Of a stretch of 64,000 nt of DNA, positions 39,247 to 51,619 are shown one piece after another (positions within the stretch are counted from its first letter, which is position 1; each line of letters starts with the position of its first letter). Source of the stretch: Narcine bancroftii (lineage: Eukaryota); contig NC_091474.1 of the NCBI RefSeq assembly GCF_036971445.1, positions 42,346,001-42,410,000 of the forward strand, given 5' to 3'. The notes under the pieces were generated by a model. It was not told the origin of the DNA, did no database searches, and was given only the letters and a program-made list of their open reading frames with translations. A program made the position numbers and the translations under genes.

Positions 39247-39547
39247 ACATTGGTAGACGTGACGTTGGGCCTGGCAAAATTCCCCGTCCAAAGGTCCTGG
39301 AAACGGGAAACTCAGGGCTCCACCAAAATGACATGCTGATCAACTTCTGGGGATATTTTCGAGCCCAGGTGATCTGAGAACAGGAGTACGCAGTGTCCAT
39401 GGGAACCATGAAGGGGGTTCTAAGAACATTGAGTGCCTAGGTGGGGATGGAAATATTTTAATATAGTTGTTATCCAATTAACATTATCAAATTGATTGAT
39501 TTGATATGGGTATGATGCAATTGTATTAATAAAAGCATTTAAAAACA
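39247..39547 (+). mobile_element. Tx1/L1-clade 3' fragment with TSD
   Basis: Remnants LGLAK and FRAQVI*EQEYAVSMGT, AATAAA at about 39528 and an A tail. AAGGGAGG occurs on both sides (39239-39246 and 39548-39555). Confidence 0.62.
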
Positions 39548-40099
39548 AAGGGAGGTGACTGCAGAGGCTCTAACTGGAGGATTACTAATGTTGTACAAAG
39601 GGAGGAAAGGATAATCCAAGTGATTACAGGCCGTTAAATTCCGTTTTGGTTGTGGGCAAATTCTAATGGCTGCTGTAAACCTTCACTAGGAAAGGCAAAG
39701 GATAGTCAGCTTGGAGTTGTTAAGGAAAGTTTACATCACACTAACTTGATTAAATTAGTTGAGAAGAAAACAAAGAATGTCAGTGAGGGGCAGGGCATTT
39801 GACACTGTCCATGTGGATTTTATTAGGCCTTTGACAAAGGCTTTGGAAAAAAATTAAAATCCCATCAAATTCAAAGGGGGATGGCAAATTGAATCCGAAT
39901 ACAATTCAGAAACTGGAAGCAAAGGGTGAATGTTGCTGGTTGTGACTGGTGGGTTATAAAAGTGAGGTCCTATTGCACTCAGTTCTCAGTCTCTTGCTTT
40001 CTGTTATATGTATTCATGATTTAGAAATAAATGTAGAAGGCATGGTGAACAGGATGCACAACCAGGCATATGATTAATGCTGAGGAGGAACACTTTGGA

Positions 40100-41352
40100 C
40101 TTCTTCTTTCTTTGGCTTGGCTTCGCGGACGAAGATTTATGGAGGGGGTAAAAGTCCACGTCAGCTGCAGGCTCGTTTGTGGCTGACAAGTCCGATGCGG
40201 GACAGGCAGACACGGTTGCAGCGGCTGCAGGGGAAAATTGGTTGGTTGGGGTTGGGTGTTGGGTTTTTCCTCCTTTGTCTTTTGTCAGTGAGGTGGGCTC
40301 TGCGCTCTTCTTCAAAGGAGGTTGCTGCCCGCCAAACTGTGAGGCGCCAAGATGCACGGTTTGAGGCGAGATCAGCCCACTGGCGGTGGTCAATGTGGCA
40401 GGCACCAAGAGATTTCTTTAGGCAGTCCTTGTACCTTTTCTTTGGTGCACCTCTGTCACAGTGGCCAGTGGAGAGCTCGCCATATAACACGATCTTGGGA
40501 AGGCGATGGTCCTCCATTCTGGAGACGTGACCCACCCAGCGCAGCTGGATCTTCAGCAGCGTGGACTCGATGCTGTCGACCTCTGCCATCTCGAGTACTT
40601 CGACGTTAGGGATGAAAGTGCTCCAATGGATCTTGAGGATGGAGCAGAGACAACGCTGGTGGAAGCGTTCTAGGAGCCGTAGGTGATGCCGGTAGAGGAC
40701 CCATGATTTGGAGCCGAACAGGAGTGTGGGTATGACAACGGCTCTGTATACGCTTATCTTTGTGAGGTTTTTCAGTTGGTTGTTTTTCCAGACTCTTTTG
40801 TGTAGTCTTCCAAAGGCGCTATTTGCCTTGGCGAGTCTGTTGTCTATCTCATTGTCGATCCTTGCATCTGATGAAATGGTGCAGCCGAGATAGGTAAACT
40901 GGTTGACCGTTTTGAGTTTTGTGTGCCCGATGGAGATGTGGGGGGGCTGGTAGTCATGGTGGGGAGCTGGCTGATGGAGGACCTCAGTTTTCTTCAGGCT
41001 GACTTCCAGGCCAAACACTTTGGCAGTTTCCACAAAGCAGGACGTCAAGCGCTGAAGAGCTGGCTCTGAATGGGCAACTAAAGCGGCATCGTCTGCAAAG
41101 AGTAGTTCACGGACAAGTTTCTCTTGTGTCTTGGTGTGAGCTTGCAGGCGCCTCAGATTGAAGAGACTGCCATCCGTGCGGTACCGGATGTAAACAGCGT
41201 CTTCATTGTTGGGGTCTTTCATGGCTTGGTTCAGCATCATGCTGAAGAAGATTGAAAAGAGGGTTGGTGCGAGAACACAGCCTTGCTTCACGCCATTGTT
41301 AATGGAGAAGGGTTCAGAGAGCTCATTGCTGTATCTGACCCGACCTTGTTGG
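40100..41352 (-). mobile_element. RTE (AviRTE-like) young copy with uninterrupted RT C-terminal half
   Basis: ORF 40161-41396 is open for about 395 TE-derived codons: GVKQGCVLAPTLF, ELLFADDA, FTYLG and CSRC..SHKRAC. 5'-truncated. Confidence 0.95.
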
Positions 41353-42889
41353 TTTAAAAGATATAAATGGTCAGTCAGTTGATAGGAAAAGGGCAAGTGA
41401 AATTTAACTTACTAAAGTGTGAGAGCTGTAGATATATGCAGGAATCTTAGGAGTAGAGGGATTGGCCAATAAGGTGCTAAAAGGCACAAGGGACTCTTTC
41501 TGACATTCTCTGCCTTGGTTAGTAAAATTGCAGGAAGGTTATAGTGAAAATATACAACACCAGTTAGACCACAACTTGACTAATGCTTACACTTCTGATC
41601 GCCACTTTACAGGAAAGATGTAATTGAGCTGGAGAGAGTTCAGAGAAATTTATGGAGATGTTGCCGAAACTGGAAAATTGTAGCTATGAGCAAAGCTTGA
41701 ACAGACTGGGTTGTTTTTCTTGGCACCATGGAGGCTGAGGGGCGACATTGAAGTGTATAAAATTACAAAGAAGCTAGAAAGAGTGAACAGGAAGGATCTA
41801 CTGGTATTTTGATGAGCAGAAGGATCAAATTCCCAGGGGTTAGATGAGATGAAGGATTAGAGAGATATTAGGAAACTTTTTTTCACCCAGAAATGAAACT
41901 CTTTGCCTGCGTGGGAGAGGCAGAAACCTTCACCAGGTTTACAAATATTTGGGTGTGTACTGCAAGAGTGGGGACCTACAGGACTTCAGAGCTCACCTGC
42001 TCCCTGATCTCTTCTGGTGCCTCACAGCTACCTTCCGCAACACCAACAGCACGGACAATTTTGATATAGAGACCAAACTTCTTCATTGTGACTGTTTTAT
42101 GCGTCCAAATCTTTGAAAGATATCACAGAAACAAGTGGACTGAACCCACAGAACCCTATCACAGTAGCTCTCCTAACCATTCCAACTACCACCGCCTTCA
42201 CTTTTGACCATTGAGCAGCTCTTTTCATGCAGCATGCCACTGCCCCATAGTTCCCAAAGCCATTTCCTTTCTTGATCAACTTCTGTTTGACTGGAAAATG
42301 CTTCAGTAAAATCCACATGCATTGATAACAAACTTGCTCTTCAAAAATCCAACTGAATTGGTTTGTGTATTAGTCACAATCCCACAATAACTGACCCTGA
42401 TTTACTTGTCCACAATGCAAATGTGTTTGTTGTCAGTCAGAATTTTGTCTACAACAGTCCTGTGATCAATCTACAATCTGGCTGCTTGTTACTTGTGACA
42501 CTGTTTCCTGTTTTAAAACACAATAGTACATTAGTATTCATTCAATCCTCCGACAGCATGTCTGAACGCTAGATTATCAGAAAAGCCTTATTTCCTCCTT
42601 TGCTTCTTTTAACTGTGTAGGATACATTTTGTCTTCAAGATTTATTTACTTTTGAACATCCTAGACCCCCTGATGGGTCTGTTTCAAACATTTTATATTC
42701 CTTTTCTTCAATGTTACGACTTGTACGATTCCCGAGCTCACCTCCATTAAGAGAGATACAAAGGGTTCATTCAAAACTTCACACATCTGCTGCCATTTTT
42801 GTCTCTAATTTTTGTTCTTTCCTTTCAATTCAAGAATTTTCATGCACCCTCTGACTTTCTCTTCGCTGCCAAGGGAAGGCACCAACAGA

Positions 42890-44420
42890 CGGAAGGACCC
42901 ATCACACCCTGATGCCTTACCGATCATTATAGGGGACTTCAACCAGGCCAACCTGAAAAAGTCTCTGCCAAACTATCATCATGATATTACCGGCACAACC
43001 AGAGGAGCCGACATACTGGATTACCGCTACACCACCATCAAGAATCCCTACTGAGCTATCCCACGCCCGCACTTCAGCAAGTCTGATCACCTGGCTGTAT
43101 TTCTACTCTCAGTGTACAAACAGAGACTGATGACTACAGCACCAGTGGTGAAGACAGTGAAAATATGGTGGAGGGAGGCTGAGGAGCAGGTGGGCTGGAC
43201 CATATTTAAGGACTCATCTTCAAACTTGCCATGGCTTCGCCAATACCTGTGTGAATGAGTGCATGTCCACGCGCACATATTGTGAGGACCCCAGCCAAAT
43301 GTCGTGGATGAATCAAAGGATTCACAACCTGCTGAGAGTGAGGTCAATTAAAGACCAGTGATCCAGATCTCTACAGGGAGTCCAGGAACAAAATATAGAA
43401 GGCTTCCTTAGCAACAAAGAGGCAATTCCAAGGGAAGCTAGAACCAGTCACATACTTGCCAACTATGGCAGGACCTACAGGCCACTACAAGGCAAAACCT
43501 AACATCACAAATGGGTGTGATGCTTCATTACCCGATGAGCTGAACACCTTTTATGCTTGCTTTGAAAAGGACATTTCGGTAGTACCAATGAGAATCCTTG
43601 CAGAAACTGGCAACCCTATGATATCTGTCTCTGAGACCAACGTCAGAATATCCTGTAAGAGGGTGAACCCTCGCAAGGCATCAGGCCCTGATGGTTTTCC
43701 TGGAAAGGTACTGAAAATCTGTGTTAACAACTAACCGGAGTGTTCACAGACATCTTCAAACTGCCTTTACTACATCTGCTTCAAAAGGCATCAATCATCC
43801 CGGTGCCCGAGAAGCGTAGAGTGAACTGCCTCAACGAATATCACCCAGTAGCACCAACTTCTACTGTGATGAAATGCTTTGAGAGGTTGGTCATGGCCAG
43901 AATTAACCTGTACCTACATAAAGACCTGGACTCACTGCAATTTGCCTCGAGTGATTCACAATCATTCCACAGCAAATGCAATCTCACCGGCTCTCCACTC
44001 AGCCCTGGATCATCTAGACAACAGCAATATGTACATCAGGCTGCTTTTCATTGATTACAAATCAGCTTTCAACACCTTCATTCCCTCAGTACTGGTCAGC
44101 AAGCTCCAAAACCTGGGGATTTGCACTTCCCTCTGTAACTGCATCCTTGACTTCCTCATCTGAAGATCACAGTCAGTACAAATTGGAAACGTCTCCTCTG
44201 AAAATCTATCCATGTCGATGCAGTCATGAAGAAGGCTCGCTATAAGAGGCTGACTCTAAAGAAAGCAGCCTCTATCATCAAGGACCCTCACTACCCAAGC
44301 CATGCCTTCTTCTCACTGCTACCATCAGGAAGGAAGTACAGAAGCCTGAAGTCGTGCACCCAATGATACAAAAGCATCTTTTTCCACTCCAGTGTAAGAT
44401 TGCTAAATAGACAATGAATC
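42890..44420 (+). mobile_element. Rex1/Babar-type LINE, degenerate
   Basis: IIIGDFNQANLKK, SKSDHLAV, DASLPDELNTFYACFE, KRVNPRKASGPDG and [11 protein letters not shown]. Confidence 0.86.
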
Positions 44421-44924
44421 ACAGACACTTACTCACTTTTTTCTTCTTTTGCACTAATCCATTTATTAAAAAAAATGTAATATACAGCAATTTTTGCATT
44501 TGTAATGGCATGTTCATGGTAATAAATTCTGATTCTGATTCTTCTCCCTCCTCCCATTGGTGAGAAAGCTTAAGAGTGTGAAAGCCCACATTAACAGGCT
44601 TAGAGGCAGTTTCTTCCCCAAAGCCACTAACTGAACCCTACAATAGAGCTCAACACTGCCTATGTTGGATGCTGATCTATCTTCCTTTTCTTTTAGGATG
44701 TGCACCACTGTATGAATGTTGGAGATAACCTGTCAGACTGCTCGCAGAAGAACCCTTCTCATAATACTAGGTATTTTGTGACAAATAAACACCACTTAAA
44801 TATATGGTCCACGAGGCTTCTTTTCTTCCTGACTGCGATATCAGTGGGCTCTAGAATGTGGACTGCTCCTCCTTTGTTGAATGGCAACATATCCGTGTAG
44901 ACTTCACGGTCACCTCTTTGCAAG

Positions 44925-45510
44925 GTCTACAAGATTCTGAGAGGCATAGGTAGGGTGGGCAGTCAGCGCCTTTTCCGTACAAAGTAAAAGGAGGAAAGTT
45001 TAGTGGGGATATGCCATAGACATGGACCAGACAAGTATTATACTGATACAGGGCTTTTATTAACAGACTATAACCATGACTAAACTGGCCAGTGGGAAAG
45101 CATCTCCATCTGTTATACCAGTAGGGTGGAGTATCTCTACAGCCATAGCCAATAGCAAGCAGTCAGTATAAAAGCAACACCCCCCCCCCCATTACATCAT
45201 CACAAGTGGGGACATCAGAGATAAGTTTTTTACAAAGAGTTGTGGGTGCCTGGAATGGAGGCTCAAACATTAGGGGCATTTAAGAAGTAAATCACAAAAT
45301 TCTGTAGATACCGTGGTTGAAGTAAAAACACAAAACGCTGGAGAAGATCAGGATAAGGGGCATTTAAGAGATCCCTAGACAAGCACATGGACAAAAGGAA
45401 AATAGAAGGTTACGAGATTGGAAGGGTTTAATTTTTTTTGGTAGGAATATATAGGTCAGCTCAACATCCAGGTCTGAAGGGCCTGCACTGTTCTGCAATG
45501 TTCTACGTTT
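44925..45510 (+). mobile_element. CR1 3' end with small insertions
   Basis: GGAGGAAAGTTTAG.., TGTGGGTGCCTGGAATG, and 3' UTR TGAAGGGCCTGCACTGTTCTGCAATGTTCTA. Confidence 0.65.
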
Positions 45511-46274
45511 ATATTGCTGTCTGCCCTGAAACTCTCTGACCTGCAAGTAACTGTTCAAGACCACATCTCACAAAATGTATCTGTTAATAGGGTAGAGCCT
45601 TACTCATTGTTCACTTAAATGGGGGTGAGGTCAGTAAGGGGGGTGGAAGGCAACCGTTGGTAGCAGGTGTAGGTGAGGAGTGTTGTAGGAATTGAATTTG
45701 TGTCTCATTAAGTTACAAGTTATTGAACGACAGTAATGACTGACTGTCCAAGTTAACAGGTTCAGGCACGGAAGAGGTTTTGGATCGCGTCACGCTCAGA
45801 AGTAATTGAGTTCTCGTGATCAAGTTAAGACTTTTGGTGAGGGAAGATGGCTCACAGTCAGCAGAGCCTGCTGCTGAAAGGCTTGGGGCAAGGTCGGATG
45901 GTGAAGAGGAAAGAAGGTGTCTCGCTGTTCAAGAAGTGTTCGCCACTCTTGTCTGTTAGTGACACAGTCCTGGAAATAATTTGTCAGCATAAGGCAACAG
46001 AAGCTGGCAGGCACTTGAATCAGGAAAGGTGTGACACATCAGCCATCCAGCAAGCACTCTTTTTCCACATGTTTATGTTCTTCCCACTGTATTCCTCAAT
46101 AGAAGTGCAGCCAATTAATCCAGCAGAAGCTAAACTTGAGTAGAAAATTGGTGTTCAATTGGCACGCAAACTAAGAAAGTTTATATTATTGACCTTAGCC
46201 AAAATTTACAGGAAGTACAGACCCATTTGTACTGCCTTTTGGAACCCAGAATTTACACCTCTGTGGTCATTGTA

Positions 46275-46590
46275 GAAAGGTTGTTTCCCATGATGGGAGA
46301 GTCTCTAGGACAAGAGGGCACTACTTCAGGATTGAGGGGCATCCACTCAGAATGAGGAGCATCCACTTAGGTCAGAGATGCGAAGGAATTTCTTCAGCCA
46401 GAGGGTGGTGAATCTGTGAGATTTGTTGCCACTGGCAAATCATTGGGTGTATTCAAGGCAGAGGTCAATAGGTTCTTGATTAACCAGGGCATCAAAGGTT
46501 ATGGGGAGAAGGCCGGGCAGTGGGGCTGAGTGGGAAAATGGATCAGCTCATGATTAAATGGCAGGACAGATTCCTATGTAATATGGCCTT
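46275..46590 (+). mobile_element. CR1 3' end
   Basis: EMRRNFFSQRVVNL* and GGTTATGGGGAGAAGGC..GGATCAGC.CATGAT 3' UTR. Confidence 0.78.
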
Positions 46591-47964
46591 GTCATTGTAA
46601 TATAGGAACTCCAACAGTTAATGTGAATGGTGCAAGCTCCCATGAATGTCAACCTGATAACTGATAACTCATCTGTTTCCATGGTGTTGATCAAGGGATG
46701 TCTATTGGCCAGAACATGTAAAGGGCAGCAGTTCTAAAAGGTAGCATCTCCAGCATGTGTTACAGTGTCAACGAGAGTTTGCTCTTAGGGTTAGGCAGCA
46801 AAACATTGCTATCATTTCTGATTTGTAGAATGTCTTGGGTTCCACATGAGGTAGAGGTTAAAGATATCAGACCAAGTTCCCCAATTTAAATGGGAAACTA
46901 ACCGCAAGTGTGGCTATGGCAACGCTGTTTTAACCACATGCACTAATTTTAGTAAGTAGTACATTACACACATTCAAACAATCCAATTAAATGTAATTCA
47001 GGTGTGTATATTTACTGAACAAACATTTACAACCATTCAGTAACCAAGGAAGTAAATGTTCGATAAACACTTGCACATTCTACTTTTGTCTCACCGCTTT
47101 ACCAACAAATGTTGAAAAATGTTTCAGGTCACGCGAGATCAGATGCCCAATGCGCTGTTAGCCATTCACTCTTCATTTACTGGCTGACTGAAATCCTCCA
47201 CCTGCCAGGTGATGAGTGTGTGGGTAAAAACTGGCATGGACCTTTGCTGGCCAATCTTATTTTGGTCCATCAGAGGATTGGACAGAAAGGTTCTACTGAC
47301 AAGGTCCCCGGAACTGAGGGAGACCAACATGCCCCAGACCAGATGCTTCCATCTGCATGACATGGCCCCTGTCTCAGCTCACCAGTAAAATTCTCGCCCA
47401 TGGACTTGCTATCTCCAGCCTTGGCCGCTCCAACACAATTCTGGCTGGCTTGCCACCTTTAGCCTATCCTTTGTCAATCTGAGGTTAACCGCGATTCCAC
47501 TTCATTTGTTGTAAAAGGCGCCAAGTCTCGCTCACCACATCTGTGACAGTTGATGGATGGTGACATGTGGATTTTAATGTTCACACTGTTATTTTTAGAT
47601 CAATCCTTAACCTTGCCTCTCTCTATAACTCCTTCCAGACCTACAACCTGCCAACATCACAAACATCCTTGAGCTTAATTGTTGGTGCCTTCACCACTCT
47701 ACACTTCATCATTTCCTCCCCATCTCTTTACAAATGAGTACATGTACCTAGGTGAAGACATCCTAAGTAATTTATTTGGATGTCTGCAATGCCACTCTGC
47801 AATGGAACACTTCAGACTCCCAATACTCAAGATTTAACCAATCAAAGGCTCCTTCATTCTCCAGCTGATTCTGTGAATCACTTATCACTCTGCAGATCAA
47901 GAGTATGAGTCCAAAGGCAGTTTACTGCACCCCAACTGAACAGGCCTGGTCTATGTCTGTACTG

Positions 47965-48250
47965 GGCAGCAGAGTGCCTCAGCGATAGGGCTCTAGCACT
48001 TTGGGTTCAATTCTGACCTCTGTCCCTGTCTGTGTGGTTTGCATGCCCTCCCTGTGAGCACCTCAATACTCCAGTTCCTGGCCACATCCTGAAAACATGT
48101 AATTCCATGGGCTAATTCGCCATTTGTACATTGTGTAGGTAGGTAGTAAAAAGGGGTAGAGGTGGAGAGGATGGGGAAAACAGGTTACAGGGAAATGAGT
48201 GGGGTCACAGGATTGCTCTATGACCCAGTATAGGCTCGACAGGTGGCTTG
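47965..48250 (+). mobile_element. Degenerate V-SINE-like SINE
   Basis: GGGTTCAATTCTGACCTC..TGTCTGTGTGG.TTTGCATG core. Confidence 0.6.
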
Positions 48251-50013
48251 GCATCTTCATGCGATGAGGAAATAGCAGATTCCCAACAAAGGGCTTGGGC
48301 CAGAAACATCAATTACCTTTTGCTTCCTGTGGATGCTTCAAGAACTGTGGAGTTTCCCAGCCTATTTGTGAATGGCATGAAACAAGGCCAAGCTCGCAGG
48401 ACAACATGGAGATCCCTATGGGTGCTGTGGACAGGATTCCATGTTGGCAGAGCAGCTCCAGGTTCAGTCTGACAACGCCAACAGGCTCTGTCCACTCCCA
48501 GCAGTCACACAATTTTCCCTTCTTTTATTACGTTAGCCACAACAGGACAATGATACCAAACTATTGCCTAACAATTTAAAACCTTGCAAGGTTAAACATC
48601 TGTGCTGTTTTCACTTGTATTTGCAAACTGTACATCAAGTACGAAAACAATCAGGAATGTAGGCTCATTGATCCATCACGTACTTTTGCTCCACATGCAG
48701 ATAGAGTTATAGACAAGAATGAACAGTGAGAAGCTGGTGGGGCTCATCAGGTCAAGCAGTATCTACGGAGAGAGATGAACAATCAACATTTCAGTCTTAA
48801 GAAAAAAAGGTGCCAACCGAAAATGTTAACATAGTTTCTCTCCATGGATCTTGCCTGACCTGTTGAATCCCTCATTGTTTCTAAACTGAGAGTTCACAAA
48901 GTGGGGATTATAAAGTACACAAAAGGCGCCTGCAATCCATGAATGAAACACACCTTTTCAACTCAGCTTCATTCCCTGTGCCTGGACGTTTGCTCTCATG
49001 CCTCAGATCTTATTCAGTCGAGAAGTTCCCAATATTTCAGCTATATTCCCAATGATTCATTTTGTCTCCCAACTAAACAGTGGAGATTCCATACACATAA
49101 TCATCAAGACGACCAAAGATTAGAGTTTGTCCATCTAACTGCCTCATTATCTACTTTGCTAGCATTCCCTTAAATCAGTGGAAATGCTTTCAGAAAGCGA
49201 CCCTCAATATCCGTTGACTTGCTTCCTCATAATCCCTCAGCACATGGAGCCAGGGTTTCCGTGTTTCCTTTCACTAATTTCCAATAGATGTACTTCCTTC
49301 TGCCACTCTGAGTTTAATCCTTTAGCCAGCTAAGACTGTCTGTCCCCACTTAAGGTCTGGATCACCTTTCCAGTTCCACCTGCTTTATAAATGATCCGCC
49401 CATCCAGAATCTCAGTTACATCATCCTTTGGCAAACTGGTACCTCAAAACGTCTGTGATACCGACTTCCCCACGACATACACATCATTGTCAACACCAGT
49501 GTAAACAATATTACTGAACATTTAAACAACTTTTCTAATGTAGCAATGGTTGCATTAATCTTTAAAGAAAATTTTAATACAGTAGCTTGAATATTTTGAA
49601 AATACCGTAAATGGTGTAAAGTTAAATTCCCAATTTCTTGCCCCTCCTCTTTCTGAGTGCAAGTAAAAAAACCTCAGCAAGTTCCTAACAACCTGATCCC
49701 CTCTACAAAGAGTCAGACCTGCCTTGTTTATGTCCATATATCTTGACCAAAGCTGAGTATGGTCCAGATTATCAAAACTACACAGTTAGACTCAAACTCT
49801 TACGATTATTGTGGAATAATGATGTGAATTAATGTTAGATATCTCAAGCTGCTTCACAGATAAGAAGCAAACACTGATCCCATCTGATATGCTAAGAGAA
49901 GACCAATACTTAACCAATGGGTGATCCGAATGTGAAAATCTTCTTTCTCACTGGTTCTTACCTTTCCTAATTAATTCTAATTCAAACTGATTGTGCAATA
50001 CAGAAAATACGTA

Positions 50014-50598
50014 CCGTATATTTCAGTGGATAAGACGACCTTCAGATAACACAAGACCACAGTTTCCATCTGAATTTCATGGTTTTAGCTCATATCAGTG
50101 GCATAAGATGACCCCCAAAATTCTTATCTTGGAGCCACCAGCAAAACGAAGAAAGCACAAGACAAGTTTTAAGTTACAAGTCTCCAGTGCAATGGATGGT
50201 ATGGAGGATGATTTATTGTGTGACCCTGATAATGAAGCCAAAAGCCCATTCACTAGATTCAGACTGGAACCCATATGATGAGTGTACACAGTGAGACTCT
50301 GGATGCGCTTGCTGAGTTCTTTGCCTCAGACAAGGAAGCTAGTGATTTTCAAGGATTTTAACTGTGTGTGATGTGTTTTTTTTAATTTTACAATTCTTTT
50401 ATTGGTTTAACACCACATTTAATATACAGGTAGCTAAATAGTTATAGGGTTGGGTCTGGCTGAATTATGGAAGCAATCAAGTTGTATTTTGAGTAGAATT
50501 TTAAGGTTACTGTTTTTGTATCTGGCCTATAGGATGACCCATTTTTTGGGGGTATTTTTCGGTGCTTCAAGTATCATCTTATCTGCTAAAATATACGG
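50014..50598 (+). mobile_element. Tc1/mariner (pogo/Tc2-like) deletion derivative
   Basis: TA|CCGTATATTT ... AAATATACGG|TA, with subterminal ATAAGA(C/T)GACC repeats. Remnant SFK..VSSAMDGMEDDLL resembles a pogo-type transposase C-terminus. Confidence 0.8.
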
Positions 50599-50640
50599 TA
50601 TTCAAAAATGTAATATTACAAAGTTATTCTTAATTGTTAA

Positions 50641-51289
50641 ATTTATTTTTCACACTATGAACCATACTGACCAAAATACACACAAACATTTCCCTCTTGA
50701 ATATACACAGTGTCATTTTCTCCCCTTTTCCCCCCTCCCTTCTTCAACCCCACTCCCCACTCACTTGACGTTCAACATATTTGATACATTAAACCCATTA
50801 AACAATGTCATCACACAATGGAAATAAACAAGAAATTTGTGTTTTCTACTTTTACATACTGGGTCAGTTCATTTCGTCTTCTCCTTCTGTCATTTTAGGC
50901 GGTGGAGGTCCGCGGTAGGACTTCTCTGTTGTGTTCCATGCACGGTTCCCAAATTTGTTCGAGTACTGTGATGTTATTTCTTAAATTATATGTTATTTTT
51001 TCCAATGGAATACATTTATTCATTTCTATGTACCATTGCTGTATTATCAGGCTATCTTCTAATTTCCAGTTTTTTTGCTACAGCTAAGGCTATCATAATA
51101 AATCTTTTTTGTGCTCCATCCAAATCGAGTCCAAATTCTTTATTTCTTAGATTACTTAGAAGAAAGATCTCTGGATTTTTTGGTATGTTGTTTTTTGTGA
51201 TTTTATTTAATACCTGGTTTAGATTTTCCCAAAACTTTTCCACTTTCTCACATGCCCAAATTGCATGTACTGTTGTTCCCGTTTCCTTC
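50641..51289 (-). mobile_element. L1-clade LINE 3' fragment with a 25-bp TSD
   Basis: ORF EKFWENLNQVLNKITKNNIPKNPEIFLLSN..ALAVAKK. TTACAAAGTTATTCTTAATTGTTAA occurs at 50616-50640 and 51290-51314. Confidence 0.9.
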
Positions 51290-51374
51290 TTACAAAGTTA
51301 TTCTTAATTGTTAATGAGCTTGCATTTCATATTTAGTTGATCCTGGATGCCGTTGCTCCTCAGGTCACCTGACC

Positions 51375-51612
51375 TCTCTTGCTCCAATCAGCTTCTAGAC
51401 AGCTGCCAAGGAGTGGCAACACTGGCGTACGATTTTCATGAACTACATCGATGACTATGATACCGAACAAGTACAGAACACTGTTAGGCTGTGTGAGTTG
51501 CAACATTTTCGACATAGAAGGATGCAGAAATTTTGACTCAGCTATCTAAGTTGGACAGTTTATATGTGAAGACTCGGTGAATGAGGTTTTTACAGACATT
51601 TACTGGTTACCA
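51375..51612 (+). mobile_element. Gypsy-type gag N-terminal remnant
   Basis: Broken frames read TAAKEWQHWRTIFMNYID, KYRTLLGCVSCNIFD, KLDSLYVKT, NEVF and RHLLVTR, the AAKEWxHW...NEVFARHLLATR pattern of a Gypsy gag family. Confidence 0.68.
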
Positions 51613-51619
51613 GGTAGTT

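Larger units (their letters stand above)
39150..41990 (+). mobile_element. Old CR1 LINE interrupted by Tx1 and RTE insertions
   Basis: KDNPSDYRPL and DF..AFDK remnants lie before 40100; RKDVIELERVQRKF lies after 41355. Confidence 0.7.

Noticed and set aside
40161-41396. 411-aa ORF as a host or domesticated gene
   Set aside because: It is a 5'-truncated RTE. The ORF start is a TTG in flanking antisense CR1 sequence, and the endonuclease and N-terminal RT are missing.
45847-46143. 98-aa ORF or candidate exon in unique-looking DNA
   Set aside because: No recognisable motif, a weak donor, and no partner exons; compatible with chance.
47095-47400. Minus-strand coding exon ending at a GTGAG donor
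   Set aside because: All three frames hit a stop within about 66 nt of the donor, and the only usable AG lacks a pyrimidine tract.
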